Source: Octopus sinensis (lineage: Eukaryota). From it: a DNA stretch of 64,000 nucleotides. Made by a program: the position numbers and the translations under genes. The DNA is taken from the NCBI RefSeq assembly GCF_006345805.1, contig NC_043010.1, positions 15,500,001 to 15,564,000 on the forward strand, in the 5' to 3' direction. A model generated the notes under the pieces. It was given only the letters and a program-made list of their open reading frames with translations, searched no databases and was not told where the DNA came from. Positions 37,713 through 48,490 of this stretch are shown here, in pieces. The stretch's first letter is position 1. Each line of letters starts with the position of its first letter.

Positions 37713-38127
37713 GGATCTTTTCGGTTTGACCGGCAGATTTTTAACGTAATTTCTAGGTAACTAAAAAAATTTAAACTTCGTAGAATGTGTTTATAAAACA
37801 TCTTTTTCTCTTGGCTTTATTGAGAAAATTCTATAGTTTGTAAAATATTTTGTTGTTTTTTTTCTTCTTCAATTTCTGCAATTTCAACCAATCAATGACG
37901 TCTATTGAGGTAAAAACACATTCTGTGCCGTATGAATATGTCCCTCGTTTAAGAAACAGATTGGGTTTATTTACATTTGTGAAGAAAAAAAAGATACCCT
38001 TCCTCCATTCCCACCCCTAACCCTAAAACAGATTGAAATGCAACAGATCGATACTAGGGTCATAATTATGGGTGACAATTTCATATGACACTGCTAGAAA
38101 AAACTGCCGTTCAAACCGAAAAGATCC
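37713..38127. mobile_element. GGATC-MITE
   Basis: Complete TIRs; flanks CCCGACTG / CCCGATTA (6/8 match). Confidence 0.95.
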
Positions 38128-38595
38128 CCCGATTAATTTAGTTACTAAAGTAGGGATTCTCAACAGGGGAACATTAAAGATTGGGGGGGGGGGGCAGATG
38201 TAATATAGTAAATTGGGAATCCATGGTGATACGTCCACAACACAAAATATTTAAACGATTTTTAGATAATTCTTAATATTTAATTATAAAAATACAATAG
38301 AATTTTTTAAACATTGAAGGTCATGGCGGGGGGTCCATCCAAGTAAAATAGGAATCAATGGGGGGGGGGGGCATACGTAAAAAAATAGTAGAGGATCCCT
38401 GTGCTATATCACTAATATTAATTTCATCGCCCGCCGGAGAGACTGAGCGGAAGAGTATGTCTCATTCAGCACAAACAATGATGTGTGTTTAATGTGAATA
38501 GCACAGAAGTGGGCGTGGAAGACGTGGGGTGGTGTATGGAGAGTGGAATGTGTTGGTGTATTGATAGTGAAACAAAAACAGTGAATGCCAAACTA

Positions 38596-39448
38596 CAGTG
38601 ATCCCTCGCTACTTCGCGGTTCAACTACCGCGGATTTTAAATATATATATATATATATATATATAGTAAATCCAAACAAGAAAGCACAAAAAAACACAAC
38701 GCGAGGACGTGGAACAAATATAGTATTATTGGACGCTCAGGAAAGAAGGAGGGTTTAACGTTTCGAGCGGAGCTCTTCGTCGGAAAGATCCAGAGAAGGG
38801 AAGACAGAGGGAAAAAAATCTCCAACGGTACACACGGGGTCACATTTTGAAAGATTGGAAGGAAATGGGTGAAGAAAGATGTTTTCAAAGACAGGAGAGT
38901 AGTATTGTCAAAGACGGGAGAATGGTAGAGGAGGAATGTGTGTGTAAGTGTGGATATGTGCGTGCGCGGAGGTGTGCGTGTGTGTGTGTGCAATGATGAC
39001 ACGTGTGTGTGTGTGTGTGGTTGTGGCGCCTAAAATTTTTTCATTAAATCCATTAAAATATTAATAATAAATATTATTTCTTAGTCTAGGAACAACAAAA
39101 CAAGCGTAAAATTGCAAAAAAGCATATACAGGGGTATTTGAACTTAAGACGGGCTGTGATTGGTGCAATGGAGAGAGAGACGACGAATCACAGCTTTCTA
39201 TTTTGTAATCTGGTCTTTGTAACAGTGACAATATTTATTTTTTTAAATCTAAAGTGTTATTGCTTAACAGTTGTCCTTGTTATTAATAGACTACTGTAAT
39301 GGGTGGGTTGTTAACAGTACATGGCAGGTTTTAAAAGTCCAAATACGCGTTAAGTAAATACTGTAAATATGGTGTCCCTACTTCGCGGAAATTCGGTTAT
39401 CGCGGCCGGTCTCGGAACCAATCTACCGCGATAAACGAGGGATCACCG
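38596..39448. mobile_element. pogo/Tigger-like non-autonomous DNA transposon hosting a family X element
   Basis: TA|CAGTGATCCCTCGCTACTTCGCGG ... CCGCGATAAACGAGGGATCACCG inverted termini. Confidence 0.8.
38666..38850 (-). mobile_element. Family X element (hammerhead-like motif 38753-38787, CCGACGA variant)
   Basis: Minus strand CTTT CCGACGA A GAGC TCC GCTC GAAACGT T AAAC. Confidence 0.8.
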
Positions 39449-40048
39449 TGTGTTTTACTAGGTATGCACTTAACTTTCAGAAAGTGGTACAAGTTAACAA
39501 GTGAATATTACTTGCATATAAAAATGGTCAGAATTTAACATCCATTTTTTTCAAGCTTCCATATGGGTCAAACGAAATTTGTACCCCAAAGCCAGACATG
39601 TTTTTCATAGAAGACTGAAAACGAGCATTACTGCTTATATGAAGGTGATGTTCGTTTACAATCGTCACGTTATGTCAAGGCAAGACTACACACAAACACA
39701 TGTAAGATGGGCTACACTATTTCCATCTACTAAATCCATTCACAAGGATTTGATCCATCTGGGTCTATAGTAGAAGGCACTTTGTCCTAGGTTCCACACA
39801 ATGGGACTGAACGGAAGACCATATGGTTGGAAAGCAAGCTTTTTAACCATGTAGCCCACATTTGTGCTATAAACTAGTTTATGCTATATACACGTTGACC
39901 ATTCATTGTGGGGTACCTGGGGAGGGGGGATTCCGTTTTGCCCCCCCCCCCCCTCCTTGAAAACTGAAGTGGAGTATGGGTTTAAAAACTGGATTGCATG
40001 AAGTGTGCAGATGATGTGTGATGACGAAACATGGGCAGTGAATGTAGA

Positions 40049-40374
40049 ATGTGAACAACGGAAAACCTGGCTGATGATAGTCAAGGCTGATCTGGAACCC
40101 AACCTAAAAAGCAATTGCCCCAGCTCCCCTTCAGGATTGACGAAAGCGATGTGGTGGACAACGAAAAACCTGGCTGATTGACAGTCAAGGCTGAACTGGA
40201 ACCCAACCTAGGCCCCCATGTCTACAGCGTTCGCCGCTGGAATAAGGAGTGGTTGGATATCACACGGTCGTTAGCCTCAAATCGCCAGGCCTGGTCGGCG
40301 TTTGTGAGAGATGCAGCATTGAGGATGAATGAAGCCAGCTCAACCCACCCCGGGTGAATGCTGTCAAGTCAAGT
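40049..40374 (+). mobile_element. 5'-truncated RTE-clade LINE with (CAAGT)n tail and 13-bp TSD
   Basis: Across one frameshift it translates QRKTW..TVKAELEPNLGPHVYSVRRWNKEWLDITRSLASNRQAWSAFVRDAALRMNEASSTHPG*. TSD CAGTGAATGTAGA at 40036-40048 and 40375-40387. Confidence 0.85.
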
Positions 40375-40618
40375 CAGTGAATGTAGAGGAAAGACTACCT
40401 GAAGCAGTATGTGCAAGAAGTGCAGTGGTGCATGGTACTGAACGTAAAAAATTTTGCATATCCATTGTGAAGTAAATTAACTTTGAATTTTCAATGGAAG
40501 TTTACCAGAAAATCTTGAATATGTCCAAGGAGGAGAGAAAGGCAGAAGAAACAGGAAACAATATCAAAAGGCGCTTACCAATTTAAATTATTAATATATT
40601 GCATAGCTGATAAATTAA

Positions 40619-40820
40619 TCCTTTAGCATTTAAACTGGCCATATCCAGCCCAAATATTTCACCCGTTTTATGGTGAAGCTGGCCAGATCTGGTCTCTCAC
40701 ACCAATTCTACAATGTCATTCTAAAAATATACACTCACATCATCAAAATTTTAAAACTACATGATAATATACATGATTAATTCAAAACAGTGTGAATAAA
40801 CAAGTATCACTACTAAAGGG
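40619..40820. mobile_element. piggyBac-type MITE
   Basis: TTAA|TCCTTTAG ... CTAAAGGG|TTAA. Confidence 0.8.
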
Positions 40821-40955
40821 TTAACCCCAATCCCTGGTACTAAGAAACACCTCAAGCCAGTTTACATATCCCCAATTTCATGGCAACAATTGTAGGGAAG
40901 ATAAATCATCCCACCTGTTGCTGATTGAATCCCAGTGCCCAGTTCTTATGATTAA

Positions 40956-41162
40956 CCCCCTTAGCATTTAAACTGGCCATATCCAACTCAAATATCCCTA
41001 CCTGTTTTGTATTCAAACTAACTAAGTTAGGGCCTCTCACCTTTAATCTTCTAAAAGGTCATCAAAATCTCAAAGCTATGAGAATTAATTACAGGATTGA
41101 TTAAAAAACAATGTGAATCTATAAGGATTACCATTTGACAGAATAATCTGAACACCAAAGGG
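40956..41162. mobile_element. piggyBac-type MITE, same family
   Basis: TTAA|CCCCCTTAG ... CCAAAGGG|TTCA. Confidence 0.75.
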
Positions 41163-41339
41163 TTCAAAGCATTTCTGCAAGACCCTTCAGTCATAGGGTA
41201 TCTGAAGATTATATTTCATTCAGATAACAGTAAGGGTGTGATTTAGGGAAGATCCGGCTCCCCTGTTTCTATCAACAGCGGCCTCACAGAAGTACTCTAG
41301 TTGGCTGCCAATTTTAGGTTTCTAATAATATTATTCTTT

Positions 41340-41705
41340 TGTTCTTTCACTTGTTTCAGTCATGTGACTGTGGCCATGCTGGAGCACTGCCTTGAAGGGT
41401 CTTATTTGAATGAATTGACCGAAGGATTTATTTTTTAAACCTAGTACTTATTTCATTGGTCTCTTTTACTGAACTACTAAATTACAGAGGACATAAACAC
41501 ACCAACACCGGTTGTCAAGACACACACACACACACACAAATATATATATATGATGGGCTTCTTTCAGTTTCCATCCACCAAATCCACTCACAAGGCTTCA
41601 GTCGACCAGAGGCTATATAGTAGAAGACACTTGCCCAAGGTGCCACACAATAGGATTGAACCTGAATCTACATGGTTGCAAAGTAGGCTCCTTAACCACA
41701 CAGCC
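41340..41705 (-). mobile_element. SINE family A, CpG-decayed
   Basis: Full family A layout with many CG>TG/CA changes. Confidence 0.85.
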
Positions 41706-42076
41706 AAGCCAATCTTAGGGTGGGAGGTCCTGAAAAAAGGGCCAGGAGTACTCTCCTTCCTCCTGATCAAGAAAACTGTGGAGAAAAGAGAGTAAACATT
41801 GAGACTGATTGCAGCTGTTACAGTTCACCTCTTTTAATGCGGTTATACTAATGGGTACCTATGTTTGATTATAAAGGTTTCTTGAGTAATTAAATTATAA
41901 TAATAGCCATAGTATATTGGAGGTCTTTAATGTTGAGATAGTAACGGATGGGCTCAATAGCTTCTCTCAATGTTGCCCAGTGCCCCCAGCTGGTGTCAAC
42001 TAATGGATACATCGATAAATCAATACCCTCCATTATTGCTCCAGTTCACTTATCTCTAAGTAGAAGGGTTTAAAGC

Positions 42077-42325
42077 TTAGTTAGTTAGTTAAGTTAGTTA
42101 ATTTTTTGGCTCAAAAAGCAAAAGCAAGGCCATGTAGGGGGACATGGAGTTATGTACAGGGTGGTGTTCAGGCCACTTGTGGTCAAGGGAGACTTTGAAC
42201 CGAGCGGTCATCGGCATCTTCACTATCTCGTCTGGCAGCTTATTCCACGGATCCGCAACCCGGACGGAGAAAGCCCCTCTCCTTCGATTGAGATGAAATC
42301 GTCGCAGATAGAGCATTTCGGAGTG
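42077..42325 (-). mobile_element. 3' end of a CR1-group LINE with (AACT)n tail
   Basis: ORF 42098-42316 contains RRGAFSVRVADPWNKLPDEIVKMPMTARFKVSLDHKW, the FS.RV...WN.LP...V....FK..LD motif of CR1/L2 ORF2 C-termini. Confidence 0.9.
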
Positions 42326-42539
42326 ACCCTGCAGCTGACACTCTGGAGCAGGAAACAGCTTAGAAACAGCTGTAGCTGTAGAAAATGAACCTGTGTCTTA
42401 TCAACTATTAACTCATAGAGGCAGGTAAGATAGTGGGCTGTAAATCCCCAAGGTATGAGTTCAAACCCCTTTCAGGCTTTTTAATGTCATTTTTGTCTCT
42501 GGACAAAATACTTCATTCTATATTGCCTCTGTTGTGATG

Positions 42540-42910
42540 TATGCTTTAATCCTTTGGACTGCGGCCATGCTGGAGCACTGCCTTTAGTCAAGCAAACTGA
42601 CCCCTGAGCTTATTCTTTGTAAGCCTAGTACTTATTCTATCAGTCATTTGTGCCGAACCGCTAAGTTACGGGGATGTAAACACACCAGCATAGGTTGTCA
42701 AGTTATGTTGGGGGAACAAACACAGACACACAAACTTATACATATACATACATATATGATGAGCTTTTTCTATCTACCAAATCCACTCACAAGGCTTTGG
42801 TTGGCCCGAGGCCATAGTAGAAGACACTTGCCCAAGATGCCACGCAGTGGGACTGGACCCGGAACCATGTGGTTGGTAAGCAAGCTTCTTACCACACAGC
42901 CACTCCTGCA
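42540..42910 (-). mobile_element. SINE family A
   Basis: Near full length. Confidence 0.9.
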
Positions 42911-42948
<38 letters not shown>

Positions 42949-42950
<2 letters not shown>

Positions 42951-43048
42951 ATGAGGGAGATAAATTGAATATTAATTTAGTTAATATCAATTTAAAACCA
43001 GTAGCCTAGCATACAAAAGTCTGCTAGGCTCTCTGATTTTTCAGACTC

Positions 43049-43090
<42 letters not shown>

Positions 43091-43195
43091 GAGGGAGATA
43101 AATTGAATATTAATTAGTTAATATCAATTTAAAACCAGTAGCCTAGCATACAAAAGTCTGCTAGGCTCTCTGATTTTTCAGACTCTTCATATATA
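42949..43195. repeat. Tandem duplication of a ~105-bp unit separated by (TA)n
   Basis: ATGAGGGAGATAAATTG...CAGACTCTTC at ~42951 and ~43089. Confidence 0.9.
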
Positions 43196-43647
43196 TATAT
43201 ATATATATATGACCAGCATTAACTTGTTCTGACCCATTTGAGGTAAGACATTATTATTGTTCACTGATATTTTTTCCAATCTTGTCTGTAATAGATTTGT
43301 GACTTTTTGGTGGTACAGAAGTATTTTTTTTACTTTTATCATGAGCGATATAGGTACTCATTTAGTACCCTTGTGTATATATGTACATATCTAATATTGT
43401 ATGTATGTATTTTATTAATTTCCCTGTACGGCTGATAATTCTCTTACCACTTGTGATGGTATTTTAATAATACCATCCCTATATATATAATCAAATTGAT
43501 TATGTTCACATATTACTTGATAAATTTGTTCGTAAAATTTTTTACCGGCATATTTTGCGTCTGCGCAAAGATTTGAAAAGTTAAGATATACAAATTGTTA
43601 GATCGACATGTGTTCTAACGCTCTGTGCATCTAGAATTAGGAAGGCG

Positions 43648-43725
43648 TCCCACTGACGAACCTTGCCTTGGTAAACATATTCTGTCTGTTTTGCTAGAAA
43701 GAGGTAGAAACTGATCAGTCCGGGA
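43648..43725 (+). ncRNA. Type I hammerhead ribozyme candidate with GUC cleavage triplet
   Basis: TCCCA-CTGACGA-ACCT...AGGT-A-GAA-ACTGATCAGT-C-CGGGA: complete core, palindromic stem III, stem I with one mismatch, long stem II. Confidence 0.6.
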
Positions 43726-44299
43726 TATATCATTAATGGTAAATGTTTTTGAATTTCACTCTCTCCATGAATTTATCCCTCTTTGTGTCTCTAGCACTAA
43801 GCTTCCTTATTTGGGAGCCTTTTATTATATTTATTTATATATATATATATAGATATACTAACATAAATAAATCTTCATGTTTCGAGAATATGGTAACAAA
43901 AGGGTTGGAAGAATCATAAGAGTTGAAAGAATTCCTTTGCAGTATTTCTTCCAACTCCTTACTTCTTGATTTCAAATCCTGCCATGGTCAACTTCCCCTT
44001 CCATCCTTTGTGGATAGATAGAGTAAGGCCTGTGCTGAACTTTGTTTCCATATTCCCATCATTCATCCCAGATGTGGATGTAATTATTGATGTCTTAAAT
44101 CAGTCGCCAACAAACAGGGAGCATCTTCCTGCAAGTCTACTTTTCTTGATGGAAGGAGCAAGCCTGGTTAAACCTTCCCCTAGTCATATTCCTTATTACT
44201 TCCAAAATGAAAGGTCAGGCGCAGATGTTGATGTCTAGCACTAGAGAGCCAATCACTGTTCATAATTTCTGTATTAAATGGTTTTGCTGGTATCATCAC

Positions 44300-44760
44300 C
44301 ACCATCATCAATATCATTTAATGTCCATTTTCCATGCTGGCATGGGTTGGATGGTTTGACTGAAAACTGGTAAGCTGGGGAGCTGCACCAGGTTCTGACC
44401 AGATTTGGCAAGGTTTCTATGGCTGGATGCCCTTCCAAATGCTAACCACCCCGAGAGTGTGGTGGGTGTTTTTCAAGTGCCACCAGTACGGGTGCCATTG
44501 ACCCGACACTGATATCGGCCACGGCTACGGTCTCACTTGGCTTGACAGGTCTACTCAAGCATGGTATATCACCAAAGGTCTCGGTCACCTTTCACTACCT
44601 CCATGAGGCCCAACGCTCGAACAGTGCTCTTTAAATGCCACCAACCATGGGTGCCAGTCAGATGGCACTGGTATCAACCATAACTACAATTTCACTCAGT
44701 TCAACAGGTCTTCAGAAGCACTGCATATTGCCAAGCATTTGAAGGGTTCTTTTAAAGGGT
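44300..44760 (-). mobile_element. SINE family E, decayed, with (GAT)n tail on the minus strand
   Basis: CATCATCA...GTCCATTTTCCATGCTGGCATGG...GGCTGGATGCCCTTCC; homologous to 45362-45770. Confidence 0.8.
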
Positions 44761-44874
44761 CAATTATGCGACGCTGGCATTGGCCACAACTATGATCTTA
44801 CTCAACAATCCAGAAATGTGTTTAAGGAGATATGATTGTTTAACTGAGATAATTAATATTTCTTTTAACTGTAT

Positions 44875-45260
44875 TGGTACAAGTGTGACTATATGGTAGG
44901 AAGTTTATTTTCCAACCACATGGTCCTGGGTTCACTCCCACTGTGTGGCACCTTGGGCAAGTATCTTCTACTATAGCCTCAGGAAAACCAAAGCTTTGTG
45001 AGTGGATTTGGTAGACAGAAACTGAAAGAAGCCCATCATGTGTGTGCATATCTGCCACCACTGCTTGACAAGCAGTGCTGGTTTGTTTACCTCCCCATAA
45101 CTTAACAGTTCAGCAAAAGAGACTGATAGAATAAGTTCCAGGTTTTTAAAAAATATATAAATAAATAAATAAATACTAGAGTTGAATCATCTAAAGTGAA
45201 ATTCCTCTATACAGTGCTCCAGCATGGCTTAAGTCCGATGACCGAAACAAGACAAAAGAC
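44875..45260 (+). mobile_element. SINE family A, CpG-decayed
   Basis: AAGCCCATCATG in place of consensus AAGCCCGTCGT. Confidence 0.85.
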
Positions 45261-45361
45261 ATTTCAATGGTGGAAATCTGTAATATTATTGAAATGATTT
45301 GGGCCTTGGCTATTGGTCAGGACATGTTGACTGCACCTAAGTCATTCGCCAGACACTTTTG

Positions 45362-45770
45362 CATCATCATCATCATCATCGTTTAGCGTCCGCTTTCCAT
45401 GCTAGCATGGTTTGGACGGTTCAACAGGGGTCTGGGAAGCCAGAAGGCTGCACCAGGCCCAGTCTGATCTGGCAATGTTTCTACGGCTGGATGCCCTTCC
45501 TAACGCCAACCACTCCGTGAGTGTAGTGGGTGCTTTTTATGTACCACCGGCACCGGCACAGGTGCCAGGCGAGACTGGCAACGGCCATGATCGGATGGTG
45601 CTTTTTACGTGCCACTGGCACGGAGGCCAGTCGGGGCGGCACTGGCAACGGCCACGTTCGGATGGTTCTCTTATGTGCCACCGGCGCTGGTATCACAGCT
45701 ACAATTTCCATTGATGCTCATCGATTTTGATTTTGATTCTCACTTGCCTCAATAGGTCTTCACAAGTAGT
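45362..45770 (-). mobile_element. SINE family E with (GAT)n tail
   Basis: Minus strand ...GGCGTTAGGAAGGGCATCCAGCCGTAGAAA...GGAAAGCGGACGCTAAACGATGATGATG. Further fragments at 10120, 23310, 34910, 48640, 50388 and 63560. Confidence 0.85.
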
Positions 45771-46011
45771 TTGCATAGATCATCATTTTTGTCGGAAAGG
45801 TACCCAGGAACAGTAAATATGCAGGAATTTGTATAGGTTTTGTCTGTGGAAGGGCTGACATTGTATGGCTCTGTAAGCTAATAAAAACGTGCATGTTAAA
45901 TGAATAATTACAGTTTTCTGGATACTTGCAACAACAGTGAACTGACTCACTCACCATGGCATCTATTTACAGCCAGATTTACTTGGACTACAGTAAAATT
46001 TAAGTTATTAA

Positions 46012-46230
46012 CCCTTTAGTATTTAAACCGGCCATATCCGGCCAAAATATTTAATCTGTTTTATGTTCAAACTGACCAGATCCAGGCTCTCACACCTACC
46101 CTACAATGTTATTCTACATTAAGTAATTACACCATCAACATCTTGAAGATCTGAGATAATGCATGATTAATTCAAATCAATGGGAATCAATAAGCATTAT
46201 GTTTGATAGAATAATCTGAACACTAAAGGG
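46012..46230. mobile_element. piggyBac-type MITE
   Basis: Perfect TTAA|CCCTTTAG ... CTAAAGGG|TTAA. Confidence 0.9.
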
Positions 46231-46612
46231 TTAACAGGAAAAATGTAAAGTGGTGATTCTTTGGAGAGCTTTTACACTCTTTAAAATATTGTTGACGATG
46301 ATGATGTTTCTTGAAACTATTTCCTGTTCTCTAGTATATAAAAGCACTATTATACCGTTTTTATATTTATTTCATCAGTAAGTGTCTGCGAGAGAACCAG
46401 ATCCACAACAGCCAGGTTAAGGGATCTTCCATACCCCCCAAGGCAATGCAAATTTCTCTTATTCATGCAGCGACAGACATTTAGAATCCAAAAAGGTCAA
46501 CCTACCAATGACGTCACTTTTCCAATTACTTTGCTAAATCCTTCAAGGCAATCACCATAGTATTCTTCGGTGAATGCAGAAATCTTTTATATATATATAT
46601 ATATATTTATAT

Positions 46613-46800
46613 ATAGGGAGAGTTTACGATAAAAACAAAAGATGAAGACAGGTGGTGTACAAAACAAACAGATGTATTAGTATAATGCTCAGGAATAGAA
46701 AAAGTCTTTTACGTTTCGAGCCTTCGCTCTTCTACAGAAAGGGACACAGAAAAAATAAGGAGAGAAAAAAATGTGCATATTGGCTAACGATCTTCATGGT
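46613..46800 (-). mobile_element. Family Y element with hammerhead-like motif (46706-46741)
   Basis: Minus strand CTTT CTGTAGA A GAGC GAAG GCTC GAAACGT A AAAG. Confidence 0.8.
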
Positions 46801-46813
46801 GTATGTATGTATG

Positions 46814-46846
<33 letters not shown>

Positions 46847-46856
46847 TATATATAAA

Positions 46857-47046
46857 GTTAATCCAAACATGAAAACACAACAACACGAGGATGTGGAACA
46901 AATATAGTATTATTGGATGCTCAGGAAGGAGGGGAAGAAGGAGGGTTTTACATTTCAAGCGGAGCTCTTCGTCAGAAACATTGGAAAAGATAAGATCCAG
47001 AGAAGGGAAGACGGAGGTAAAAAAATCGCCAACGGTACACACACGG

Positions 47047-47050
<4 letters not shown>
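46857..47050 (-). mobile_element. Family X element with intact CTGACGA core (46945-46979)
   Basis: Minus strand GTTT CTGACGA A GAGC TCC GCTT GAAATGT A AAAC. Confidence 0.8.
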
Positions 47051-47091
<41 letters not shown>

Positions 47092-47104
47092 ATACTCTTT
47101 TTTT

Positions 47105-47294
47105 TTTTACTTGTTTCAGTAATTTGACTGCGGCCATGCTGGAGCACCACCTTTAGTCGAGCAAATCGACCCCGGGACTTATTCTTTGTAAGCCTAGTAC
47201 TTATCTTATCTGTCTCTTTTGCTGAACCGCTAAGTGACAGGGACGTAAACACACCAGCATTGGTTGTCAAGCAATGCTAGGGGGACAAACACAG

Positions 47295-47358
<64 letters not shown>

Positions 47359-47525
47359 TACGACAGGCTTCTTTCAGTTTCTGTCTACCAAATCCACTCA
47401 CAAGGCTTTGGTCGGCCCGATGCTATAGCAGAAGACACTTGCCCAAGATGCCACGCAGTGGGACTGAACCCGGAACCATGTGGTTGGTTAGCAAGCTACT
47501 TACCACAGATCCACTCCTGCGCCTA
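47105..47525 (-). mobile_element. Full-length SINE family A
   Basis: Complete tail to head. Confidence 0.95.
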
Positions 47526-47895
47526 TAATATATATACTATACACACATACAATGTGTGAACAAAAATAAAAACGTCCATATTTGGTATTGGACTGATGTA
47601 CAGGAATGGTTGTCATCTTCAACCTCTGAAGTAATTATCAGGTGATAATTCCAGATTTTCTTCTAGAAGATTCTCCAGTATTCTACGAGCAATACTAGGG
47701 TAATTCTTGTATCTGTAGGAAGGCATGCTTCTAGAAGATGCCAACTCAACCCACCCAGGGTGAATGTCACCACAAGTACAAGTAGGTACAAAGGGAGGTT
47801 TCGGCAGAGACTCGACATCTTACATATGGTACATCTGGAGTACCTCTTTATCTGAACAGTCAACAAAAAGGTTCCACTCTAGTGGTAATATATTT

Positions 47896-48490
47896 GGGGC
47901 GGCAGAATCGTTAGCACGCCGGGCGAAATGCGTAGCCGTATTTCGTCTGCTGTTACGTTCAGAGTTCAAATTCCGCCGAGGTCGACTTTGCCTTTCATCC
48001 TTTCGGGGTCGATAAATTAAGTACCAGTTACGCACTGGGGTCGATGTAATCGAATTGATCGGTTTGTCTGACCTTGTTTGTCCCCTCTGTGTTTAGCCCC
48101 TTGTGGGTAGTAAAGAAATAAGTATTTTGTCTGCTGCTACATTCTGAGTTCAAATTCCGCTGAGGTCGACTTTGCCTTTCATCCTTTCGGGGTCGATAAA
48201 TTAAGTACCAGTTACGCACTGGGGTCGATGTAATCGAATTAATCCGTTTGTCTGTCCTTGTTTGTCCCCTCTGTGTTTAGCCCCTTGTGGGTAGTAAAGA
48301 AATAAGTATTTTGTCTGCTGCTACATTCTGAGTTCAAATTCCGCTGAGGTCGACTTTGCCTTTCATCCTTTCGGGGTCGATAAATTAAGTACCAGTTACG
48401 CACTGGGGTCGATGTAATCGAATTAATCCGTTTGTCTGTCCTTGTTTGTCCCCTCTGTGTTTAGCCCCTTGTGGGTAGTAAAGAAATAGG
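47896..48490 (+). mobile_element. SINE family B trimer (one head, three bodies, ~184-bp period)
   Basis: Second and third units are essentially identical at a 184-bp offset. Confidence 0.95.

Noticed and set aside
40575-40612. 28-nt minus-strand exon candidate (AMQYINNLNW) in the CpG-poor block
   Set aside because: The acceptor region is occupied by a MITE with no pyrimidine tract, and there is no homology support.
42320-42430. Apparent exon ending CAG|GTAAGA
   Set aside because: The donor overlaps a decayed family C SINE head.
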